Positions 1 to 7,729 of a stretch of DNA of 12,783 bases are shown here, piece after piece. Every line of letters begins with the position of its first letter. Within the stretch, counting starts at the first letter, position 1. Source of the DNA: Candidatus Sigynarchaeum calidifontis. GTDB taxonomy: Archaea > Asgardarchaeota > Lokiarchaeia > Sigyniarchaeales > Sigyniarchaeaceae. The notes under the pieces are model-generated. The model saw only the letters and a program-made list of their open reading frames with translations, was not told the origin of the DNA and made no database searches. The stretch lies in the NCBI GenBank assembly GCA_030587475.2, contig JAUQYZ020000188.1:1-12783 (forward strand), in the 5' to 3' direction. A program made the translations under genes and the position numbers.

Positions 1-1337
1 ACGTCGCCGGCACTGTCGAAGTTACAATCGACAAGCGTGACAGCTCGGGACGCGGTTGATCCACTGTATTCCATAAAAGAACTTCCTTGGCTACCATATT
101 GGAACGAAAACTGGCTGTCGAACCAACAATTTGCGAATGTAGTTGGTGGTAAACCATCGTACCGAAACCCTATCATCTTACAAAAACCAAAACCTTGTGC
201 GATGATATTCTTGTTGAAACTCGCCCAACTGTACGGACTTGCTTTGATTGTGTCGAGAAGGAATTCACACGACGTGAATTCACAGTTGACGACATCGGTT
301 TTACCGGCAGAGAGGTCGTACAAAAGATACGACATTTCCGAATCGATGATCTGTAAACTATTCATGTCATCGGATGGGCTGATATTGAAGAGGCTCCAAT
401 CGTCCTTGCATGACTCGATGACCATTTCGTTCGCATTGCGGAAGAAGATCATAGATTGCCTTTTTATAACGTTTGCACTGCTCCCAGCTGGGAGATCGAT
501 AACCAGACAGTCCCCCGAATCTAACGGGAATGTGGTATCTTCCTGTGTCGGTTGACCGTTAACGGTTATATCATATTTCTTTCCATTTTTATTGGGGTCA
601 ATTTGAGTCCCAGGTTTTATTGCAAAGCTCTTCGTCTTTTCCGAGTCACCTTTAACGTATATAACTGGTACGAGCAAGCCTATCGTCGAGGCGCTGTCAA
701 TCGATTTAACTATGCCCATGCCGGAAAAAAGCACCATGATCTTGCTCCCGATAATGGTTAATTCGGAGAACTCGTCGACCATGAGCAAGGCATTAATCTC
801 CGAATCCTCGATAATCGGCTCCGCAACCAACCGAATTGAATTCGAAGGGGGGGGAGTGTAGGGTTCACGGTCAGGATCGTTGGGTTTTGACATCCCACCC
901 GTGTCGAGAAAGCCCGCGTTCACGATGGATTTTTTCGCTCGGAACACATGGCCATGACTAGGTGCGCAAAAAATGCTGTATTTTACGTTCACCTCCGAGT
1001 TTTGAATTTCAAAATTCTGGTCGTCTTCAGGATTACCAGCATTACAGAAGTAAATCTGATCAGCATCTAGCCGCGTTTTGTTCGCTTGGTCGGGACCATC
1101 AGTCTGTATCGAGGAACAAAAACTCGCAATCCCATCGCAGAATAATTTCGGCACCCCATTTTCATTACCGATAAGTCGAAGATGCCCCATATGAGTTGAA
1201 GTTACCCCGGTAGTATCTGGATTAATGATATATACATCCGTGTCAAGATTGTCTGAAATCCCAAACCCCGAGTCATAATAGCAAAGTCCGTCCTTCGCAT
1301 TCACCGTAGCCCCCCCGTCGATGACAAGCTCCCCACC
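1..1337 (-). CDS. In-frame continuation of the surface protein beyond TAG 1338-1340 (beta-helix-like repeats); runs off the window edge
   Basis: Manual translation of 1337 down to 3 gives 445 codons with no stop: GGELVIDGGATVNAKDG ... KPNDPDREPYTPPPS ... VVNCEFTSCEF ... FANCWFDS ... VTLVDCNFDSAGD. It is missing from the ORF track, probably because its stop lies outside the window. Confidence 0.85.
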
Positions 1338-2300
1338 CTAGATGTGGATGTACCCGTCCACGTACAAGGTTGATCCGTTAGTCACTGTTAATTTGCCATC
1401 AGCATCCACGTCATCCCCGTTGATGATGATATCGTGGACAACCTCACCTTCATAGAAATTAACACCTTTCCAAGAGAAAGGATATCCACCTATCACCATG
1501 ACATCCGTTGGATCGACTACTATGTTTTTATGGCCAGAATTCCACGAGTAATCCACCGCGTCGACGTACATGTCCCCTGCTGCAACAAATTCGAGTCGCT
1601 TGAGATTGTTCGTGGATAGCAGCGTCAAGCCCTTGAATTGTAATACTGTATTCAGCCAGACGTTATAGGTGTATTGGTCAAGGCGGCTGGAACCCATAAC
1701 GGGATCATCAATCCCTCCAGATGCCAGGGTGAACTCGATTAGCACGTGATACCATGAAGAGCCCCCTGAATAATGACACTCGCCGAATTGCCCCATCTCG
1801 TATGTATCTGGGGATCGAGAGATCAAGGCTTGAACGTTCCCATCACTCCCGAACTTGATGTCAATTGCAAGGTTGGCCGTGGGCGTTGAACCATCATATA
1901 TCTTCACGTGATGATCTGCCGTGTTGCTGCTGAACGCCACGTAGAATTCGATGACTCCGCTCTCTTGTGCTGAAGCGAACTCGTTGGATACCGTGATCTC
2001 CGTGTCTGAGAAATCGAGCAGCATCACCGTCTTGTGATGATTTTCGACGTTTTTGAGCGTTCCTCCAGGCCATGCACCACTTTTGAATGAATCGTTCGCC
2101 GGATACTCCAGGTCAAAAGAGAATCCCGATTCTTCGATTTGCGGGATAGTGTCGATCTTCTTCTCAAATGCTGATTGTGCCGGTGTTCTCGTGGAGGAAG
2201 GGCTTTCAATCAGCGGAACAGAAATCGCCATGACCACCACGAGCACGAGCAATGATCTCGCCAGTCGTTTGCTTGTTAATATCTTTTGGTCGTGTTCCAT
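1338..2300 (-). CDS. Large secreted/cell-surface protein, N-terminal part (signal/TM helix, ConA/LamG-like beta-sandwich, start of beta-helix); ends at an in-frame TAG that is probably not the ancestral terminus
   Basis: 320-aa ORF. Basic N-terminus then a hydrophobic helix (KRLARSLLVLVVVMAISVPLI). Motifs YPANDSF, HHKTVMLLD, QESGVIEFYV, WYHVLIEF and YVDAVDYSW resemble, from memory, the ConA/LamG-like module of Lokiarchaeia extracellular proteins. GKLTVTNGSTLYVDG has a beta-solenoid pattern. Confidence 0.8.
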   Translation of the reverse strand: MEHDQKILTSKRLARSLLVLVVVMAISVPLIESPSSTRTPAQSAFEKKIDTIPQIEESGFSFDLEYPANDSFKSGAWPGGTLKNVENHHKTVMLLDFSDTEITVSNEFASAQESGVIEFYVAFSSNTADHHVKIYDGSTPTANLAIDIKFGSDGNVQALISRSPDTYEMGQFGECHYSGGSSWYHVLIEFTLASGGIDDPVMGSSRLDQYTYNVWLNTVLQFKGLTLLSTNNLKRLEFVAAGDMYVDAVDYSWNSGHKNIVVDPTDVMVIGGYPFSWKGVNFYEGEVVHDIIINGDDVDADGKLTVTNGSTLYVDGYIHI

Positions 2301-2357
2301 ATTCGTTCACTCTTTTCTTCATGATACCGGAGAGCAAAGTGATAATCGACCCTCCTG

Positions 2358-2389
2358 GAGATCATTCACGATTTCAATTGAATGATCTC
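2358..2389. promoter_or_regulatory. Perfect 11-bp inverted repeat, putative operator over the transcription start
   Basis: gagatcattca (2358-2368), 10-nt spacer, tgaatgatctc (2379-2389), directly adjacent to the TATA box. Confidence 0.55.
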
Positions 2390-2390
2390 G

Positions 2391-2398
2391 TTTATATA
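2391..2398 (-). promoter_or_regulatory. Putative TATA box (TATATAAA) for the surface-protein gene
   Basis: Plus-strand tttatata reads TATATAAA on the minus strand, about 90 nt upstream of ATG 2300. Confidence 0.5.
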
Positions 2399-2473
2399 CC
2401 ATAGGAAGAGTAATAAACCCCTATACTCCAAACATGGAACCGCACCAGCAAGCACTTGAACGAGATTTTTTTT

Positions 2474-2526
2474 TTCAATTGTTCATTGAAGGGTGAAAAT
2501 ATACTCTTTTTCAACCTTTTCTTGAA
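2474..2526. promoter_or_regulatory. Two TTCAA-N7-TTGAA palindromes in tandem, putative transcription-factor sites
   Basis: ttcaa-ttgttca-ttgaa at 2474-2490 and ttcaa-ccttttc-ttgaa at 2510-2526, 36 bp apart. Each is preceded by a T run and followed by GGG within 1 nt. Confidence 0.45.
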
Positions 2527-2702
2527 AGGGCTTTCAGCTCACTTCTGGCGAGTTAAATGATGCTCATCAGGTCCATTTGCGGCACGTGTCATGCACCTTG
2601 GAACGGGATTCCCGACGACAATGTGTAAAAGCACAGCACCAGATGAGATCGGTTCTCCGAGATATAAACCGATTGGATGGGTCGCATCACTCTCGAAATG
2701 CA

Positions 2703-3734
2703 TTATTTAGAATCCCGTTCACCTAATGTATCGTTCAACCATCGCAGCATCTGGCCGATGAGCACGTGCTCTTGTCGGATGAACCAGTGATTGCCGTGTT
2801 TCAAGGCGAGATAGTGATCGGGGGACAAGCCGAATGCCTTTATGTTCTCCTCGAAGTTGAAATAAGGAACCGTGCAATCGTCCTCGCAATGGATGAGAAA
2901 CACCTTTTCGGCTATCCGGGCATCGCTCCAGACGGGATGGTCGAAGAACCCGAATTGCTTGTCCGCGTAGAACGCGGGACTGACAAGGAAATCTTGCAAC
3001 TTGCTCGGGTCCATCTCCAGGCCGCTCCATTCAAACGATTTCTTCATCCACCAGTCGCTCGTGAGCGGCATGATGCGCCGCGTCGACGTTTTCCTGAAAT
3101 CGTGCACGCCGGCGAGGGCGATGACGCATTTTATGTCGGGATCGCACGCGCCATGCGTTAAACCGACGATGGCACCGAGAGAGATCCCGACGAAGCCGAT
3201 ACGATTTCCATCGAGATCGGGACGCCCCTTCACGAACTCGACTATTCGCCTGAGTGCCCGCATGATCTCCATTATCTCCGTCTTGTCGCCGGGGCTCCGC
3301 TCGTCGATAACCTCGCTGCCGCGCCGCTTCATGACCTTGCCATGTCCCAGCGCGTTGTAGAGCAGCACCGCGTATCCGTTCAAGGCGACGGGATACGCGT
3401 AAACGAGCATGCGGCGGTACGTGGAACCATAGCCGTGGTGCATGATCACGACGGGCGCGCCTGTCGCGGGCGTGTGGTGGGACTTGATCAACGTGGCGTG
3501 CATGTTGCGGATCGACAAGGTCTCGATGGAGAATTTATTGGACGAGAGCACCGCTGTGCCGGGTTCGTCGTCGAACCGGAAGAATGACTGCTTGACGCTC
3601 GATACAACGATTTCCAGGATTAGCAATGCAAAGATGATGCCGAGCAGCGTGGCGAGCAAGGGATTCACTTGGTTCAAGAAGGTCAAGAGCATGATCGAGG
3701 CGGCGATGTACGCGGCGAGTCTCGGGACTTGCAT
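2703..3734 (-). CDS. Membrane-anchored alpha/beta-fold serine hydrolase (lipase/esterase/S9-like), about 343 aa
   Basis: Oxyanion motif HHGYGS, nucleophile GISLG preceded by RPDLDGNRIGFVG, acid in HCEDD-TVP, His in HGNH, and two N-terminal hydrophobic helices. Start moved from 4118 to ATG 3734 (MQVPRL) to remove the overlap with the divergent gene. Confidence 0.85.
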   Translation of the reverse strand: MQVPRLAAYIAASIMLLTFLNQVNPLLATLLGIIFALLILEIVVSSVKQSFFRFDDEPGTAVLSSNKFSIETLSIRNMHATLIKSHHTPATGAPVVIMHHGYGSTYRRMLVYAYPVALNGYAVLLYNALGHGKVMKRRGSEVIDERSPGDKTEIMEIMRALRRIVEFVKGRPDLDGNRIGFVGISLGAIVGLTHGACDPDIKCVIALAGVHDFRKTSTRRIMPLTSDWWMKKSFEWSGLEMDPSKLQDFLVSPAFYADKQFGFFDHPVWSDARIAEKVFLIHCEDDCTVPYFNFEENIKAFGLSPDHYLALKHGNHWFIRQEHVLIGQMLRWLNDTLGERDSK

Positions 3735-3761
3735 GGCTATCGAGGCATCATTGGACGCCCC

Positions 3762-3774
3762 TATACTTATTAAT
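3762..3774. promoter_or_regulatory. AT-rich putative bidirectional TATA element between the hydrolase and Fe-S genes
   Basis: tatacttattaat is the main AT patch in the 64-bp gap, about 30 nt from each proposed start (3734 and 3799). Confidence 0.45.
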
Positions 3775-3798
3775 GCCTTCGATGCTCGTGTTAACATC

Positions 3799-4620
3799 GT
3801 GACAACCCGCCCGACCTTGACATTGAAAGCTCGCATCAAGGGCGCCGCCGCGGAGCTACTCAAGCGGCAGCCGGCGATCGGCAAGGTCCTCGCCACGGCC
3901 ATGGGCGCGGTCGAGGTCTCGATGTTGAAAGTACTGCGCTTTTTAGGCAAGCACGTGTCGAAAGACTTCAAGATCCGCTTCATGCGAACCATTTTCAAGA
4001 ACAGATGGGGAGGCCGCATCGTCCCGCTGGGCGTGAACATTTCCGCAGGGACGAAATTCTTGCCGACGCAGGAGATCCTCGAGATCATAGGCCGGTCGCA
4101 CGCGTTCGGAATAGGCAAGTGTTATTGCCGCTCAACGCACAAGCTATGCGATAACCCGACCGACACGTGCATCTTGCTCGGCCCGAGAGCGGGCCGCGCG
4201 ATGGCCGATATCCCGTACCGAACATCGACGTTCACGAGCGTCTCCAAGGAGCGCGTCATGCAAGTGCTCGATGATGCCGACAAGCGCGGGCTCGTGCATC
4301 AAACTATCTTTTTCCCCTCACCAGATTATTTCTACGTCATATGCAATTGCTGCACTTGCTGCTGCGAGGTCTTGCACGATTTCAAGCGGTTCGGGACGCC
4401 GGCCATCATCAAATCAGATTTTATCGAAAAAACGAGTCTGGAGCGTTGCGAAGGTTGCGGATCATGCGTTCCAGCTTGTCCATTCGAGGCCAGGCACGTG
4501 ATCGATGGTGTCAAGGTTCTAGTTGAACCTGAGAAATGTTTTGGCTGCGGGGTGTGCGTTCGACGCTGTCCCCGGGGCGCCATTAGCCTCGTCAAGCGCA
4601 CGCTGCGACGCGAGGCGTGA
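3799..4620 (+). CDS. 4Fe-4S dicluster ferredoxin-domain protein with an extra Cys-rich N-terminal metal-binding region, about 273 aa
   Basis: CEGCGSCVPACP and CFGCGVCVRRCP (2x CxxCxxCxxxCP), plus CYCR, CDNPTDTC and GLVH...ICNCCTCCC. Start proposed at GTG 3799 (uncertain). The 3442-3798 extension is antisense to the hydrolase. Confidence 0.85.
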   Translation: MTTRPTLTLKARIKGAAAELLKRQPAIGKVLATAMGAVEVSMLKVLRFLGKHVSKDFKIRFMRTIFKNRWGGRIVPLGVNISAGTKFLPTQEILEIIGRSHAFGIGKCYCRSTHKLCDNPTDTCILLGPRAGRAMADIPYRTSTFTSVSKERVMQVLDDADKRGLVHQTIFFPSPDYFYVICNCCTCCCEVLHDFKRFGTPAIIKSDFIEKTSLERCEGCGSCVPACPFEARHVIDGVKVLVEPEKCFGCGVCVRRCPRGAISLVKRTLRREA

Positions 4621-4744
4621 TAGCGTTTGTTCGTGAACTGGTCGGCGAGCGGCGTTTCGACCGGTCGCTGGTCGTTTCGCATCGATCATCAGCCCGCTTC
4701 ATGCACGACACGAAATTGCCGACTTGCTAGGGCTTGTGAAAGGA

Positions 4745-6544
4745 TCAGCTATGTTGAGCGTCGACCTTCGCCTTCATGGCCATGAGCTCCTCGATTTCCT
4801 CGCCGACGTGGTCATAATACATAGGAAACTTGTCGTGGAGGGGGCTGATACGAGCAGCAAGCGACGCGCACTTGTACCACGGCACCACGACGATCTTCGA
4901 TGGCCCGGCGAGCGCGACCGCGTTCTTGAAGTCCTCGAGCGTGTGCTTGTCGTAGCCGCCGAGGAGGGCGAGCGGAAAAAAATAACCGATGCCAGGTAGC
5001 ACGTAGATGCCAAGCACGACGCAAGCGATCGCCGCGTATATCACGGGAACGACGAGCCCCAGGAGCGTGAAAACCCCGGAGACGACCCAGTAATAGACGA
5101 ACCCGGCCATGGCCGTCGAGATCCAGTTTTGCCACGCTGCCTTGCGGAAGTGCAAGGGGATGATGCGCCTCGTGATGTAGACCCAGCCCGCGCCTTGCTT
5201 GGCGGCGGTCGACAAGTAACCGGGGATGATGAGAATGTAGATGCCAAGCTGGAGATAAATACAAGTGATGATCGCCGTCATGCCCACGATTTGTTCGACG
5301 ATCGTGATGATCACGTTGAATTTATGATGGCCAGTGCCGATCAAGACCTCGTTCATCAAGTGCGAATGTTGAAATATGGTCCGATGAACGAGAACGACGA
5401 TGAAAATGCGGTTAAAAGTGCTGATGTAATCGTGGAAGAATTCATCGACGATCGCAGGGCCAAGGACGAGCACGAGCGGGATGATCATGAACGACACCTG
5501 GCCGATCGTCCGGAACCCGTTGCTCAGGATGTACTCGGCGTAATTCTGCTTCTTGTTGAAATACGCCTCGCACGTCGTGGCCTGGTGGTTGCCGATGTGC
5601 ATAGTGTTCACGGTCTCGGCGAGGCCCATGACCGGGCCGAGCGTCGACATGATGCCGACGAGCGTGCTGTAGTTGGGCAGCATGCGCGTGTAGAGCAAGG
5701 CAGTGAGCGTGCCGGGGATTTGATAGCTCAGCACGAATGCCATGACCCCGATGCCAAACTTGATGGAATCGCGGGCGATTTCCATGCGGATATGCGGGAT
5801 GAAAGCGTCGCGCAGCTTGAAGCCCCATGGCTTGATCATTTTCGAGAACATCCAGCCTGAGATCATGACGGTGGAGAAATCATCGACATAGTAACCGATG
5901 GTCATGCCGATAGCTGCTCCCATGACGCCGCCGATCTGGGGGCTCGCGTTGCCGAGGTACGCGCCGAGCTGCGCGCCCAAAGCGAGCGTGATCGACTGGA
6001 ACAGGACTGTGTTGATCAAGCTCACGATGCTCGTCTTGGCATATTGCTGGAATCCCTTCATTGCCTCCATGAACGTCCCCAGCATCCCTGGAAATTGAAT
6101 TATGCTGAGCCAGACGAAGAGCCATGGCATGTAGGAAATGTTCGTCGCGCCGAGGGCAAACAAGCCAAGAAATGAAACGACCGTCGTTTGCGCGAGCCCG
6201 GTGAACATTTGAAACCAAATAAAGAACCGGATGTACTCGATCGTGCGCTGCGGGTCCTTCACGCGATATTCTGCGATGAACCGGGCCAGCGAGCTCGCGG
6301 TACCAAGGTCCGCGAGCGTGAAGAAAGAACTAAAAATGCCCGTGAGAATGTTGTAGAAGCCCATGCTTTCCGGATAAGGAATGAAGACGGGTAGCAGTAG
6401 AACGTAACCAATCGCCACGACAGCGAAGATTATATAAAAATAAAAACCGCCAATCACCCGGTGATAACCAATCTTTTCCCATCTGTCAATCGCGGGGCGT
6501 GATGCATTTTCCATCACGGCCGTGCTGCCATTCTCCATGATCAT
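4745..6544 (-). CDS. MOP-superfamily (oligosaccharide flippase/MATE-like) exporter, paralog 1, about 599 aa
   Basis: About 12-14 hydrophobic helices, LADLGTASSLARFIAEYR (Wzx/MOP-like) and VLIGTGHHKFN. Start placed at ATG 6544 (or 6538), 7 nt after GGAGGT at 6552-6557. Confidence 0.8.
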   Translation of the reverse strand: MIMENGSTAVMENASRPAIDRWEKIGYHRVIGGFYFYIIFAVVAIGYVLLLPVFIPYPESMGFYNILTGIFSSFFTLADLGTASSLARFIAEYRVKDPQRTIEYIRFFIWFQMFTGLAQTTVVSFLGLFALGATNISYMPWLFVWLSIIQFPGMLGTFMEAMKGFQQYAKTSIVSLINTVLFQSITLALGAQLGAYLGNASPQIGGVMGAAIGMTIGYYVDDFSTVMISGWMFSKMIKPWGFKLRDAFIPHIRMEIARDSIKFGIGVMAFVLSYQIPGTLTALLYTRMLPNYSTLVGIMSTLGPVMGLAETVNTMHIGNHQATTCEAYFNKKQNYAEYILSNGFRTIGQVSFMIIPLVLVLGPAIVDEFFHDYISTFNRIFIVVLVHRTIFQHSHLMNEVLIGTGHHKFNVIITIVEQIVGMTAIITCIYLQLGIYILIIPGYLSTAAKQGAGWVYITRRIIPLHFRKAAWQNWISTAMAGFVYYWVVSGVFTLLGLVVPVIYAAIACVVLGIYVLPGIGYFFPLALLGGYDKHTLEDFKNAVALAGPSKIVVVPWYKCASLAARISPLHDKFPMYYDHVGEEIEELMAMKAKVDAQHS

Positions 6545-6557
6545 GCATTCGACCTCC

Positions 6558-6616
6558 GTGTATAAAATCGTCCTCGACGCCGGGTCGCGCAAACCCTCGG
6601 AGTTACTATAAAATAG
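6558..6616. promoter_or_regulatory. Divergent promoter region with two TATAAAAT boxes
   Basis: tataaaat occurs at 6561-6568 and 6607-6614, between the flippase (minus) and coiled-coil (plus) genes. Confidence 0.4.
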
Positions 6617-6665
6617 CCGGAAGCGATGTTTCTCCACGGCAAGGATACGAAAATGGTGATTCACC

Positions 6666-7688
6666 ATGTCCGAGGACATCGACTGGAACGACCTCAATCA
6701 AAAAGCCGCAGCGGGCAAGGAAGCGAAGGTGCTAGCGCAGCACGTCGTCGATTTGTTGCAGGAGCTTCGAACCGCAGAAAAAGATCGTGACCTGGCGAGG
6801 AATGAAATCAACAAGATGAAGGAGGACTTCAACCTCCAGAGCGTCCAGCTCGAAAAACTGGCCGAGGAATTGAGAAAAGCCCAGAAAACCCCCCCGCCCT
6901 CGGCGGAACTCGCCGAGTTAAAAAACAAGGTTGCCACGCTCGAGGCCGACAACAAGGGGAAAGCCCAGTTCATCGCCCAGCTCGAAAAGGAGGCCATGGA
7001 AGCCAAGAACAAGCTCGCCGAGCTGCAAAAGACGGCTGGTCCCGCGGGTGCAGAGGCCCGGATCAAGGAGCTCGAGGCGAAGCTCGAAGCCAAGGAGAAG
7101 GAATTGCAGGAAATGGCGGCCAAGGTCGAAGCGGTCGATTCTATCAAGGCAGATTTCGAGAAAATAAAAGCATCGAGCGGTGTAATACCCGGCAAGGAGG
7201 AATTCGAGAGGGAGAAGGCTGAATTCGAGGAGGAGAAAAAGAAGCTCTTCGCCGAGATGGAATCGTTCGAGGTCGGCTTGCGCATGGAGATGGAGCAGAA
7301 AGACGCGAGGATCAAGGAACTGGAAGCCCAGATCGCCGAGTTGAAGGAGCACCCGGCCGTCGCGCCGTCTGCGGTCATGGCCGCGACCACATCGGCAAGC
7401 CCGCGCACGAAGGAGAGCCTGATCGCCAAGCTCGGCCTGGAGGGCGTGACCGTGTCCAAGACCCCCGTGCCCGCGGCCAAGGACTTCGCCTACCCCGGCG
7501 TCGGCGCGAAGGCCGACGTCGTCATCCAGGCACCGACAGAGACTCGCATCGTTTGCCCGAAATGTGGAAACACCAACGTGCGCCCAGAAAACGACCGCAG
7601 TCGCGTTTTATCTTATATGGGGGGCGTTCCTCTCTATGCAAAGAAATACGTCTGTAAAAAATGCATGTTTGAATTCCGGGTTGATTAG
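6666..7688 (+). CDS. Coiled-coil protein with C-terminal zinc ribbon (hypothetical, Lokiarchaeia-type)
   Basis: GGTGA RBS at 6655-6659. E/K/A-rich heptads over roughly aa 20-228, an Ala/Pro linker, then CPKCG...YAKKYVCKKC. Ends with TAG followed by a T-rich tract. Confidence 0.85.
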   Translation: MSEDIDWNDLNQKAAAGKEAKVLAQHVVDLLQELRTAEKDRDLARNEINKMKEDFNLQSVQLEKLAEELRKAQKTPPPSAELAELKNKVATLEADNKGKAQFIAQLEKEAMEAKNKLAELQKTAGPAGAEARIKELEAKLEAKEKELQEMAAKVEAVDSIKADFEKIKASSGVIPGKEEFEREKAEFEEEKKKLFAEMESFEVGLRMEMEQKDARIKELEAQIAELKEHPAVAPSAVMAATTSASPRTKESLIAKLGLEGVTVSKTPVPAAKDFAYPGVGAKADVVIQAPTETRIVCPKCGNTNVRPENDRSRVLSYMGGVPLYAKKYVCKKCMFEFRVD

Positions 7689-7713
7689 ACCATCGGATCC
7701 AATTGTAAAATGC

Positions 7714-7729
7714 TTGTTCTTTCTTTTTT
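7714..7729 (+). terminator. Oligo-T archaeal terminator
   Basis: ttgttctttctttttt begins 25 nt after the stop of 6666..7688. Confidence 0.5.

Noticed and set aside
37-1174. Plus-strand ORFs 37..555, 552..761 and 962..1174
   Set aside because: They are antisense shadows of the continuous minus-strand frame 1337 to 3 and have no recognisable motifs.
3442-4118. Apparent 677-bp bidirectional overlap of the hydrolase and Fe-S ORFs
   Set aside because: This is an artefact of longest-ORF start calling. Each extension is the antisense of the other gene, and plausible starts at 3734 and 3799 remove it.
4633-4680. Hairpin (ctggtcg/cgaccgg) after the TGA of the Fe-S gene as a possible SECIS
   Set aside because: The gene has no internal TGA, the terminal TGA is followed at once by TAG, and the stem lacks the apical AA and 3' GA of a SECIS. 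It is at most a structure between convergent genes.
6545-6697. 51-aa N-terminal extension of flippase paralog 1
   Set aside because: It overlaps the divergent gene start and the promoter region, and a good GGAGGT RBS supports ATG 6544.
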